Positions 52,023 through 60,820 of a stretch of DNA of 64,000 bases are shown here, piece after piece (within the stretch, counting starts at the first letter, position 1; every line of letters begins with the position of its first letter). This DNA is from Patescibacteria group bacterium. Its GTDB lineage: Bacteria; Patescibacteriota; Microgenomatia; Daviesbacterales; UBA10151. The stretch lies in the NCBI GenBank assembly GCA_023379125.1, contig JAMCSY010000011.1, forward strand, positions 5,333 to 69,332, written 5' to 3'. The notes under the pieces are model-generated. The model saw only the letters and a program-made list of their open reading frames with translations, did no database searches and was not told where the DNA came from. The translations under genes were made by a program, and so were the position numbers.

Positions 52023-52445
52023 ACTAGTTGGGAAGGCTTGACCCCTCTGAAGAGAGAATGGCCTCTTAATTGAGAAAACAATAAGACGGTGAGGCTAACT
52101 CACTCATGCTACATACATATCTGTGTACCACTACTAGGACTCTCCTCTCAGTAACTATACCTATAGTTTTCACGCGTGGAAACAACTTTGGGTTTTTTAT
52201 AGCAGAGAAATGTAAGAGAGTACTCTGCTCTTGGGTGTGATTGCTTTTATCATGCTCCACGAGCTACACCATATTTTATATTTTCTGGCCTCCAATAATA
52301 CCCTATAATTCTTAGTTATCCACAGTGTACTAACTATATCAGACTGTATCAACTATATTATAGGCTTATAATATTAGCACTCTTCCCTACCTTGTGTTAA
52401 CCTATTATTTTTTGGGTTATCAAATTGTTAACTAAACTACTAAGC

Positions 52446-52624
52446 CTATCCCACCCAAGAGGTTGTGATATGAGCTAAAGCTCTATCACTTTCAGGATAT
52501 GAGCTAAAGCTCTATCACTTTCAGGATATGAGCTAAAGCTCTATCACTTTCAGGATATGAGCTAAAGCTCTATCACTTTCAGGATATGAGCTAAAGCTCT
52601 ATCCCGCCCAAGAGGTTGTGATAT
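52446..52624. repeat. 29-bp tandem array (4.7 copies) bracketed by a 26-bp duplication of a gene 3-prime end
   Basis: Unit GATATGAGCTAAAGCTCTATCACTTTCAG starts at 52467, 52496, 52525, 52554, 52583; flanks CTATCCC(A/G)CCCAAGAGGTTGTGATAT at 52446 and 52599. Confidence 0.92.
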
Positions 52625-53402
52625 AGGCAATGAGGAAAATTGGGATTGCCCACTTGAGAAAACCTACCACTACTTCCCTGTTTAACCTATCCTTCAAAGC
52701 TTCTAGGCTGATACCCAAAGTAATATATAGTGTGGCTGTTAAAACCAGAGAAATCATGGCTTTTGAAATAGGCCAAAAAGATAGGGCCAAACCCACTTCT
52801 CCAATAATGAGTGAAATAATAGCTGAGTACATTAATAATCTACCAGATACACCAGCCATATCAATTGTCCAAAGTACCTGCAAAGTTAAGGGAAAGGATA
52901 GTAGAAAAACCATTAATCCATTCCACAAAAACAAAAGATCCAGTGAGTAAACTACATTAAAGAGCAAAGAAGTTGTGACAATGGTCAGAACAAAAATTAC
53001 TGTCGAGGAAACACGATAAAGCGGAATGGTTCTGATGGCGGAAATATTAAAAATATTTTGGGATAGTAGCAGAGTATAAAAAGATAAACCAAAAATTAAT
53101 GCTGCTAATATCCTCGACCAGGTACTGAGTAATAAAAAATAGTAGCCAGAAACTGATAAGGTTAAAAAAGTGGGTAGTATTAGTAAAATGATTGCCTTTA
53201 GTTTACTTAACCCCTCCCACAGTGACCAAACTGATAGAAGATAAGCAAGGACTGTCAACCCAGCAATATAATGATAACGTAAATAAAAGGGTACAAATTG
53301 GGTGCCAAATAAGCCTAAAGATAAGATAACCGCCGTAACAATAATTTTTTCTCGCTTGCTGAAGAATGGTTTACTATTTATGGAATTTAATTTTTGAGCC
53401 AT
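52599..53402 (-). CDS. Multi-pass membrane protein of unknown function
   Basis: Many TM segments, NIFNISAIRTIPLYR motif; start moved to ATG 53402. Confidence 0.75.
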   Translation of the reverse strand: MAQKLNSINSKPFFSKREKIIVTAVILSLGLFGTQFVPFYLRYHYIAGLTVLAYLLSVWSLWEGLSKLKAIILLILPTFLTLSVSGYYFLLLSTWSRILAALIFGLSFYTLLLSQNIFNISAIRTIPLYRVSSTVIFVLTIVTTSLLFNVVYSLDLLFLWNGLMVFLLSFPLTLQVLWTIDMAGVSGRLLMYSAIISLIIGEVGLALSFWPISKAMISLVLTATLYITLGISLEALKDRLNREVVVGFLKWAIPIFLIAYITTSWAG

Positions 53403-53409
53403 ATATTTT

Positions 53410-53940
53410 TCAAGCTGCTGCCATCTTGAGGACATGACAAATCGCAATAGCCAAAGCATCAGTGGCATCATCTAAATGTCCACCCTTTGGAGCAACTAAC
53501 ACACTTCTCTTTTCCCCATTGCTACCTAAGAATTTTCTCACCCCTTCATAGACCTGTTTTTTATCTGCTCTACCTGAACCTGCAACCATTAATTTAACCT
53601 GTAATCCAGTATATTCATGAACAGGAATATTATGCTGAGCAGCAGCGAGCATAACCACCCCTCTCGCCTGCCCCACAGCAATAGCTGTTTTAGTATTAGC
53701 CCCAAAAAACAACATCTCAATCACAATCATATCAGGCTGGTATTTCTCAATCACTAAGTTTAACTGGTTATAAATCATCAACAATCTCTCTTGGGCAATT
53801 CTATCTTTGGGTGTGGAGATATTATCGTAGTGGATTAAATCAAGATCATAATCAAATTTCCTACCTAAGATATCTTCTGGAACTTTGATTAAACCATAAC
53901 CAGTAGTAGCTGTACCTGGATCTATACCCAAAATAACCAT
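53410..53940 (-). CDS. ruvC: Holliday junction resolvase RuvC
   Basis: ILGIDPGTATTGYG, VGQARGV, GRADKKQV, DDATDALAIAICH. Confidence 0.96.
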   Translation of the reverse strand: MVILGIDPGTATTGYGLIKVPEDILGRKFDYDLDLIHYDNISTPKDRIAQERLLMIYNQLNLVIEKYQPDMIVIEMLFFGANTKTAIAVGQARGVVMLAAAQHNIPVHEYTGLQVKLMVAGSGRADKKQVYEGVRKFLGSNGEKRSVLVAPKGGHLDDATDALAIAICHVLKMAAA

Positions 53941-53961
53941 CAATCTAGTATACACCTTTCG

Positions 53962-54660
53962 CTAGCTTGTTACCCCAGTTAAGTGACCATCTGGATGATA
54001 ATCAGGTACAAACGCAAAATCATCTTTTATCAGCCTATATCCATTTTGCACCGAGGAGGCATCTGATATCGTCTCAATTCTGTAGGAAGACTTACTAAGA
54101 TGTTTTCTTAACTTGGAAGCATAAACTCTTAGCGAATCATCGATCTCTTCTATCCCCCAAGTAGGCCAGATGTGTTGGCGAAAATCTCTTTTGCTGACCT
54201 TTATTCCTGGACTTTGCCAAAGTCTGTACAATATTTTCATCTCAGTTAAGTCAAGATCTAATCCTTGCACTCCTAAACCATAACCAATTCTAGTTTTTGA
54301 AAAAATTGCTGTCGGCAACTCGTGACCTCTGTTTATTTTACAGATGTATAGGGAGACAGCGCAGCGAGCATTACGGGAGACGTCTCCTCGAGAGCAAGAT
54401 ACTACCAAACGATCTTTTGAAACAAGATAACCTGCATGTTTACCTAACAGTAAAACAAGAGCATCTTTAATTCGCAATTCCTGTGATCTATCGCTTAGGT
54501 GGATTGATTGTTCAGCCAAGGAACCTATTTCTGCACTATTGGCTGCTCTGGACATCAAGCCTATTTCGTGTAACCATTCTTGGTAACAAGGGTCTAGATG
54601 AGGAGCCTCCTGAATATTATGAAACCGATTAATTATTCTCTCAAACTCTACCGACTGCAT
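53962..54660 (-). CDS. Protein with C-terminal OmpR-type winged-helix DNA-binding domain
   Basis: TEMKILYRL...SLRVYASKLRKHL...IETI...GYRL; N-terminal half is not a recognisable receiver. Confidence 0.65.
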   Translation of the reverse strand: MQSVEFERIINRFHNIQEAPHLDPCYQEWLHEIGLMSRAANSAEIGSLAEQSIHLSDRSQELRIKDALVLLLGKHAGYLVSKDRLVVSCSRGDVSRNARCAVSLYICKINRGHELPTAIFSKTRIGYGLGVQGLDLDLTEMKILYRLWQSPGIKVSKRDFRQHIWPTWGIEEIDDSLRVYASKLRKHLSKSSYRIETISDASSVQNGYRLIKDDFAFVPDYHPDGHLTGVTS

Positions 54661-54676
54661 CTTCAGCAATTTTTAA

Positions 54677-54792
54677 ATGAAGCTCCACGGCCTAACGGCC
54701 GTGGTATCCTCTCAGCTTCACAGCTTTAGCTGTGATAATTTAAGCATTCATCCATTTTCCAACGAGCATGGTTTTCTGCTTTCGCTGATAAA
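54677..54792 (+). mobile_element. Structured repeat family B, copy 1
   Basis: ATGAAGCT-CCACGGCC-TAAC-GGCCGTGG-TATC, middle hairpin TCACAGCT-TT-AGCTGTGA, end ATAAA; aligns with 58656-58769. Confidence 0.75.
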
Positions 54793-54830
54793 TATCCCAG
54801 GTTGCTAGCCTGAATCTTGCTGCTAAACTT

Positions 54831-55613
54831 TCAAAGGATATTTTCTGGAATATCAAAATTAGCAAAAACTTTTTGAATATCATCTTGGTCTTCTAATTTC
54901 TCGGTAAAATCTAATATTTTTTGGGCTATTTCTTTATCATTAATCTGCATAGTAGTTGTAGGTTTAAACACTAACCCAGATTCCTCTACCGCAAAGCCAG
55001 ATTGAGTAATCTTATTACCCATAGTATATAGTTCTGGGCCTTCTACATAGATTAAATACTTATTCTCACCCTCTTCTGTAAAAGCATCAACATCCTCTGC
55101 TCCCAAATCAATTAGCTCCAGCATCTCATCATCTACCTCTCCACCTTTGCCCTTTACTTCATCTACCTCTCCACCTTTGCCCTTTACTTTTAATTCTCCC
55201 TTTCTTTCAAACATATAAGCTACACTTCCTTGCCCTCCCAAAGCCCCTCCACTGTGTTCAAACAGGCTTTTGACTATTTGGTTGGTTCTTAACTTATTAT
55301 CTGTCACACCTTCCACCAAAAAGGCTACTCTACCAGGACCAAAACCCTCATATAAAACTTCTTCAAGTGTTTGGCCAGGTAAATTACCCAGACCGCGATC
55401 AATAGCTCGCTGGACATTTTCCTTAGGCATATTTATCTTGCGGGCTTCTTCTAAAGCCTCACGCAGGCGAGGATTTGTATTTGGATCACCCGAATTACCC
55501 AATCTAGTGGCAATAGTGATGGCATTGGCAATTTTCGTAAACATCATCCCACGTTTAACATCAGCCACACCTTTTTGTCTTTTAATTTGCGCCCATTTTG
55601 AATGTCCCGACAT
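54831..55613 (-). CDS. yebC: YebC/PmpR family protein
   Basis: MSGHSKWAQIKRQKG, YEGFGPG, TDN, LEDQDDIQKVFAN. Confidence 0.96.
   Translation of the reverse strand: MSGHSKWAQIKRQKGVADVKRGMMFTKIANAITIATRLGNSGDPNTNPRLREALEEARKINMPKENVQRAIDRGLGNLPGQTLEEVLYEGFGPGRVAFLVEGVTDNKLRTNQIVKSLFEHSGGALGGQGSVAYMFERKGELKVKGKGGEVDEVKGKGGEVDDEMLELIDLGAEDVDAFTEEGENKYLIYVEGPELYTMGNKITQSGFAVEESGLVFKPTTTMQINDKEIAQKILDFTEKLEDQDDIQKVFANFDIPENIL
55129..55188. repeat. Perfect in-frame 30-bp tandem duplication inside yebC
   Basis: TCATCTACCTCTCCACCTTTGCCCTTTACT x2, giving VKGKGGEVD(E/D) twice. Confidence 0.9.
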
Positions 55614-55763
55614 ATTGTTACTCCTAAATTACATTCAAAAAGAAGCGTATTAGCGATTCATTTTGAATGACCTGACTTATATTCCCCTCCTTTGAAATGA
55701 CGTTCAAAAGAGGTGCTTCAGCAACTCATTTTGAATGTCCCGACATATTGTTACTCCTAAATT
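55594..55763 (-). repeat. Triplicated yebC translation start region separated by hairpins
   Basis: AATTTAGGAGTAACAATATGTCGGGACATTCAAAATG at 55763-55728 and 55630-55594, diverged middle copy near 55692-55659. Confidence 0.88.
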
Positions 55764-55803
55764 GGCATTATTTGTTGGCGATCTCTGCCATTATTACAGG
55801 ACT

Positions 55804-55832
55804 AATCTTAATCGTATTAGCCTCTTTTTTCA
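55804..55832 (-). promoter_or_regulatory. Sigma70-type promoter of the yebC unit
   Basis: TTGAAA-n17-TAAGAT on the minus strand. Confidence 0.5.
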
Positions 55833-55900
55833 AGTCCATTCATCTAAAAAGGAGCAAACCTTTATCTGATAAAGATCCCAGCTAAGCTGAGTCACATTGC

Positions 55901-55930
55901 TTGACAAGAGATATTGCAATTACTTATACT
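55901..55930 (+). promoter_or_regulatory. Sigma70-type promoter
   Basis: TTGACA-n18-TATACT, 9 nt before ATG 55940. Confidence 0.6.
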
Positions 55931-55939
55931 CCTTTGCTA

Positions 55940-56686
55940 ATGGATGATTCATCTGCCTCCCTCAAACAGCGGGCAATTACTGCTGCACTATCTGCAAATT
56001 GGGAAGAGGCTTTAGCAATTAACCAAGAAATTTTGACCAGTGAACCCAACAACGTTGATGCACTCAATCGTATCGCCCGCGCTTATTTTGAGCTGGGTGA
56101 TTTTAAATTATCCAAAAAAAACTATCAAGAAAGTCTCAAAATAGATCCTTATAATCAGATTGCCTATAAATTTATCAAAAGAATTGAGGCTTGTGCCAAA
56201 AAAGGAGTTAAATTGCCTAATGGGAAAAATGGTAAAAACCATTCTATCTTAGAAACAATTAGCAATTTATCTGATCTTTTTATTGAAGAGCCTGGTAAAA
56301 CCAAAGTGGTGAATTTACTGAAAGTTGCTGAGCCAAAAAAACTTTCTTTTTTATCTCCAGGTACACCTGTATTACTAGTACTTAGGAATCGTTGTATTGC
56401 AGTGACTGATCAGAATTCTGATTATTTAGGAGTGTTGCCTGATGATTTATCACATCAGTTAACCAGATTAATTAATGGTGGTAATAAATACCAAGCTTTA
56501 ATTAAAACTGTAAAGATTAATGCCATTGCTATTCTCATTAGAGAAATTTATCGTTCAACTCGTTTTAGGAATCAGCCTTCATTTTTGGAAAACAGTGGAG
56601 AAACTTTTAGTTACTCCTCGGATAACATTTATTTTGGCGACACAGAAGATTCTAGTGAGGATACAGAAAACGAAGAAGAAAGCTAG
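55940..56686 (+). CDS. TPR-containing protein
   Basis: N-terminal TPRs (ALNRIARAYFELG), LFIEEPGKTK, acidic tail; start moved to ATG 55940. Confidence 0.8.
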   Translation: MDDSSASLKQRAITAALSANWEEALAINQEILTSEPNNVDALNRIARAYFELGDFKLSKKNYQESLKIDPYNQIAYKFIKRIEACAKKGVKLPNGKNGKNHSILETISNLSDLFIEEPGKTKVVNLLKVAEPKKLSFLSPGTPVLLVLRNRCIAVTDQNSDYLGVLPDDLSHQLTRLINGGNKYQALIKTVKINAIAILIREIYRSTRFRNQPSFLENSGETFSYSSDNIYFGDTEDSSEDTENEEES

Positions 56687-57489
56687 TTAACTAAATTGCA
56701 GATTTCTGTATTACTCAAAAATACGATTCCATTTTCTTTAGACTGACTTAAGGGTTGACCAATTACCTGAGTAAAAAACGCTGTCCCAATCGCTCTTTCT
56801 CGATAATAGGTAGCAATTTGCTCACTAGTAAAACGCTGTGGCAACATCGATAAACCAGATAGCCGATAATTGTTAATTAGTTGATCTTTTAGTTCACCCA
56901 CACGGCTGGCTGTCCCAACCAGTGATAAGCCACGCAGTGAGGCACAAAACATTGGCTCAGAATCAGCTTGAGTTGGTTCCCTTCGTAAACTGCCAACTAA
57001 CTTGCCAACTGGACTTTGCTGAACTGGTTGTAATACTATTTGCCACCAATATTGCTCATTTTCATCTAATTTTGGAGGTTTGATCTGTTTACTACCCGCT
57101 TGGTAAGTCAGTGAGCGCTTACCTACTTCCCAAGCATTTAATTGTGAGTCAGGGTCTTTCACAGCAGAAGTTTGAGCATAATCTTCCAATTCTAATAAGT
57201 CGAGTTTGGTCCCAAAAAGATTTACTACCTCTTCAGGAGCAAAAATTGCCAATGCTTCCCTATCCCCTTTATAGAGTTTCTCTAAAGAAACAATTAGCCC
57301 TCGTGGAATAATTGTTTGGTAAATTTGTGCCAGCACTTCTGTTGTTAACTCGGCTGGCTTTCTAATTAAATAAACTGAATATTTAGTGGGTAAATTAAAA
57401 GGAGTTTCTCGAAAATCACTCATTGATCGAACAGCTAGAATCAACGAGATGCCAACAACTAAAAAGAATAATAAAAACCAGATAACCAT
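56683..57489 (-). CDS. Membrane-anchored hypothetical protein
   Basis: N-terminal TM, 268-aa ORF directly after the LCP-like gene. Confidence 0.65.
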   Translation of the reverse strand: MVIWFLLFFLVVGISLILAVRSMSDFRETPFNLPTKYSVYLIRKPAELTTEVLAQIYQTIIPRGLIVSLEKLYKGDREALAIFAPEEVVNLFGTKLDLLELEDYAQTSAVKDPDSQLNAWEVGKRSLTYQAGSKQIKPPKLDENEQYWWQIVLQPVQQSPVGKLVGSLRREPTQADSEPMFCASLRGLSLVGTASRVGELKDQLINNYRLSGLSMLPQRFTSEQIATYYRERAIGTAFFTQVIGQPLSQSKENGIVFLSNTEICNLVN

Positions 57490-57494
57490 AAATT

Positions 57495-58598
57495 TTATCT
57501 GTTAGAGTGATCTGTATAAAAATCCTCACCGAGAATGATTGTAATATCCGCGCGATTGAGATCAACAGCTTCACCTAACTTGCCAGAAATTATATCACAA
57601 CTACCCTGATTAGCTGAGAAAAATAGACTACTAGAACGCTGCAAACAGCTTGGCCGAAATGCTTGAGTGGCTCTCTGCTTAGTCCAGCTTTGTTTGCCTA
57701 GTATCAAAGTATTTGCTAAATCATCCTGGCTGTTGGCAGTAAAAATCACCCGTCCTCCTAAATTAGTAATCACCCGAGCGGCTTGTTCAGCTAGTAATGG
57801 ATGAGCAGTGGAGTTATAAATTCCCACAGTCAAACCTTCTTGTTCAATCTGATTATCATACATATGAGCCATCACGTACTGATCAGTAACTGATTGTTTG
57901 AGACTCAATACACGACTACCGTCAGCCAGAACTTGCCAATTGGTAGCTTCACTTGATTGCAAATCAAGATTATCAACTTTGTCACTTCGAATTGAGCTCA
58001 AAACATGTGCTAGTTTCACAAGCTCGACCAAACTAAGATCTGTCTTGCTTTGCTGTATTAAATTCAAACTATCCCAGGGTGATTTACGAATCCTATCTAA
58101 CATTTCACTCACCGGAGTCTGAGATAAATCCTCGGTAAAAATTAAATAACCGTCAACAGGTATGGCCAAATTTAAAGCCAGAGTTTCTTTCAGCAACTGT
58201 GCTCCCATGGGAGGTTTTTCATCTTGACCCAAGCCATAAATACTGCTCACCAACCACTGACCAAAACCATGTGGTAAATCAAGATAGGCTTTATCAGGAA
58301 CAGTAATAATAGTGGCAGCTTTATCAATAGGGTTAACTGAGACTAGATAAATCTGATCACTTTTGATAGCTAAATTAATTGTGTTTGTGCCATTCCAACT
58401 GTAATATTTATCTACTGGCAGGGCATCAGGAGCATAAGGTTGTCCTAAACCCACAATAAAACTAATTAGCTTACCAATAATAATCAGCAAAACCACTAAA
58501 CCTAGGGCAAATAAGCCTAAGCCCAGTTTACTGCGCGAGGAAGACGAACGACGAATACTTTTCCTTTTATTAACTTTTTTTAAGACGGATCTAGCCAT
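57495..58598 (-). CDS. LytR-CpsA-Psr-like protein with LytR C-terminal domain
   Basis: Basic N-terminus plus TM, IITVPDKAY, IPVDGY, KTDLS, VGIYNST...LA, ADITIILGEDF. Confidence 0.7.
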   Translation of the reverse strand: MARSVLKKVNKRKSIRRSSSSRSKLGLGLFALGLVVLLIIIGKLISFIVGLGQPYAPDALPVDKYYSWNGTNTINLAIKSDQIYLVSVNPIDKAATIITVPDKAYLDLPHGFGQWLVSSIYGLGQDEKPPMGAQLLKETLALNLAIPVDGYLIFTEDLSQTPVSEMLDRIRKSPWDSLNLIQQSKTDLSLVELVKLAHVLSSIRSDKVDNLDLQSSEATNWQVLADGSRVLSLKQSVTDQYVMAHMYDNQIEQEGLTVGIYNSTAHPLLAEQAARVITNLGGRVIFTANSQDDLANTLILGKQSWTKQRATQAFRPSCLQRSSSLFFSANQGSCDIISGKLGEAVDLNRADITIILGEDFYTDHSNR

Positions 58599-58655
58599 AC
58601 TAATTCTCACCGGCTCCGTCTATTCCAGTGGTTTTTCTGCTCTTAACTCTAGCAA

Positions 58656-58769
58656 ATGAAGCTCCATAGCCTAACGGCTAGGTATCTTCTCAGCTTCACA
58701 GCTAAAGCTGCTGATTGAAAGCATTTATCCATGTTCCAACAAGCATGGTTTTCTGTTCTCGCTCATAAA
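58656..58769 (+). mobile_element. Structured repeat family B, copy 2
   Basis: Aligns end to end with 54677-54792, with compensatory stem changes (TAGCC-TAAC-GGCTA). Confidence 0.75.
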
Positions 58770-58770
58770 A

Positions 58771-58905
58771 TTATTCCCAAGGTTGCTTTTTCTTACCAAC
58801 AATTTGTGGGGGCGTAAAAACAGGAGCACTGGAAAACTTGACCGGTTGCTCACCTTTTTTCTTTTTTTTCTTTTCCCCTTTAAAATATGATCCAAAACCT
58901 GCCAT
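58771..58905 (-). CDS. Small Lys-rich protein (44 aa), not in the ORF track
   Basis: MAGFGSYFKGEKKKKKKGEQPVKFSSAPVFTPPQIVGKKKQPWE*; SD AGGAGGTGGTGA and TTGATT-n17-TAAACT upstream. Confidence 0.75.
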   Translation of the reverse strand: MAGFGSYFKGEKKKKKKGEQPVKFSSAPVFTPPQIVGKKKQPWE

Positions 58906-58987
58906 CTATCACCACCTCCTATGGTTAATTACTAGTTTAGAAAAAATCTGAAGCTAAATCAAGTTGTTTTAAGATCACTGGTTAATT

Positions 58988-60703
58988 TTATTCTAGAGCA
59001 AAGTGGTTTCTGGCTAATTTATGCAGTTCAATTTCTGAGCGGTCTTTCATAAAGCTTAAGTTAGGCCAATGGGCAGCTAAAATCTGAGCCATAAAAACAC
59101 CAGCTACAATTTCTGGCATAATCACATAATCAGCACCTGATTGATAAAGCATTTCTGCATCAACAACATTGGTTGCCCTGACAATCACAATTGTTTCTGC
59201 TCTTCTCGTCTTCACCTCAGTTAACAAAACTAAATTATCATCTACTCCAGGGGCTGTTGAGACAACCAATTTAGCGTGATCTAAGTTAACAAAATCTAAA
59301 ATCTCTGGATCTCCAATATCTCCATACATGGCATGAATACCCCTACTAATCAAATTTTGAATCACTCTGGGATTAAAGTCTAAAATCAAAAAAGGTACTT
59401 TTTCCTTTTCTAAAAACTTAACTATTTCACCACCCATCAAATGACCCCCCACTACTACTGCATGTTCTGTCAGATCTGAGGCAGTTTTTTTCTCCAGTTG
59501 ATGAGTTAACTTAGTATGCTCAAAAAAAGTAACTAAGGGTTTTAAAACTGGATAAATATTACGCGAGTAGATAATCATAATTGAAGAAACAATTATCGAG
59601 ATCACGCCAATTAAGGCCATCGCTGTTAATGAACTTTCTGAGACCAAACCTGTTTTTAAACCCAGCACAATCACGATTAAGGAAAACTCTGAAATTTGTG
59701 ATAAGTTGATGGCTGTTTGGAAAATGGTATGTTTACGAAAACCAAACAGACCTAAGACAAACATAAAGATTAATGGTTTAATCAAAAGTGCATAAAGTGT
59801 AAAAACTATAATCACAGGTAAGACACTAACTACTTGGTTAAAACTAACCTGTGAACCAAGATAGACAAAAAATAAGGTGACAAAGAAATCTCTTAATGGT
59901 TTTACCTTGCCCTGAATTTCATAATGAAATGGTGAATTTGCTAAAGCCACACCTGCCAAAAAGGCTCCGATGACTACGGAAAAACCCAGCAGCAAGGCAA
60001 ATGCGACATAGATAAAACACCAAGCCAAAGCTACCAGTAATAAAAGTTCGGAAGACCTTGCTACTACTTTAAAAATACCAGCGAGGAAGGTGTTTGATAA
60101 CCACAGAGCTAAGCCAATTAACAAAATCCCTTTGACTAACAGTAAAATTAAGGGCAAGTTTTGTGATAGACCTAAACCTAAAGCCGAGGAAGAGAGTGTC
60201 ATTAGCATCAACAAAATAATTGCCACCAAGTCCTCCAGTAATAAGATGCCTACTGATAATTTGCCATAGAGCGAAGTTAGATCCTTCTTTTCTAGCAATA
60301 ACTTAACTACGACAATCGTTGAGGAAAAAGAGAGGCCTACCCCCAAATAGAAACTTTCAGTAGGTCCAAAACCCAAAGCCTTAGCGATAAAAAAGCCTGC
60401 TAACAAAGAAATCAAGATTTGTCCCAAACCCGCGACGATAATAGGTTTGCCCAAGTTTTTAATCTCTTTGAAATCTAACTCCATGCCAACTAAAAATAGG
60501 ACAAAAGCAATTCCAATATCAGGGAAAAAAGTTAGAGCAAAAGAGTGTGAAATATCAAGAACTTTAACAAAAGACAGTAAAACTCCAGCCAATAGATAAG
60601 CTACCACCAAAGGCAGCCTCATTTTACTAATAAAATAACCAAAGGCAGCAGACAAGCCAATCACTACTGCCAACTGGATAAACAAGGAATCTGTGACACC
60701 CAT
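58988..60703 (-). CDS. CPA2/Kef-type cation:proton antiporter with TrkA-N (RCK) domain
   Basis: GIAFVLFLVGMELD, FSSTIVVVKLL, GAFLAG, QISEFS, then VVGGHLMG...YGD. Confidence 0.9.
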   Translation of the reverse strand: MGVTDSLFIQLAVVIGLSAAFGYFISKMRLPLVVAYLLAGVLLSFVKVLDISHSFALTFFPDIGIAFVLFLVGMELDFKEIKNLGKPIIVAGLGQILISLLAGFFIAKALGFGPTESFYLGVGLSFSSTIVVVKLLLEKKDLTSLYGKLSVGILLLEDLVAIILLMLMTLSSSALGLGLSQNLPLILLLVKGILLIGLALWLSNTFLAGIFKVVARSSELLLLVALAWCFIYVAFALLLGFSVVIGAFLAGVALANSPFHYEIQGKVKPLRDFFVTLFFVYLGSQVSFNQVVSVLPVIIVFTLYALLIKPLIFMFVLGLFGFRKHTIFQTAINLSQISEFSLIVIVLGLKTGLVSESSLTAMALIGVISIIVSSIMIIYSRNIYPVLKPLVTFFEHTKLTHQLEKKTASDLTEHAVVVGGHLMGGEIVKFLEKEKVPFLILDFNPRVIQNLISRGIHAMYGDIGDPEILDFVNLDHAKLVVSTAPGVDDNLVLLTEVKTRRAETIVIVRATNVVDAEMLYQSGADYVIMPEIVAGVFMAQILAAHWPNLSFMKDRSEIELHKLARNHFALE

Positions 60704-60709
60704 AATTGT

Positions 60710-60820
60710 TAAAATTTAACTTCAAATATCTAAATCCTAAATAAATTCAAAATTTAAAACTGTTTAGGAAATTTGAAATTTGAGCATTGTTTAGATTTTA
60801 GAACTTGTCATTTAGGATTG
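60710..60820. repeat. AT-rich heptamer-like imperfect inverted repeat
   Basis: C(T)AAAT-type units (TCAAATA, TCTAAAT, CCTAAAT) followed by complementary TTTAGG(A), ATTTGAA and TTTAGAT units. Confidence 0.55.

Noticed and set aside
52066-52260. 64-aa ORF in the noncoding gap
   Set aside because: No motif or convincing initiation signal
51219-52445. Replication origin (AT-rich gap, TTATCCACA at 52316)
   Set aside because: Only one perfect DnaA box seen, no dnaA/dnaN nearby, housekeeping genes converge rather than diverge, and a dif-like site is present; not fully excluded without GC skew
52467-52603. CRISPR array
   Set aside because: Spacers are identical and only 8 nt; no cas genes in the window
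55594-55763. UGA recoding or readthrough into yebC
   Set aside because: Upstream copies are out of frame, and TGA acts as a normal stop for several genes in the window
55270-55885. Plus-strand ORFs sharing HFECPDILLLLN
   Set aside because: Antisense by-product of the duplicated yebC start region
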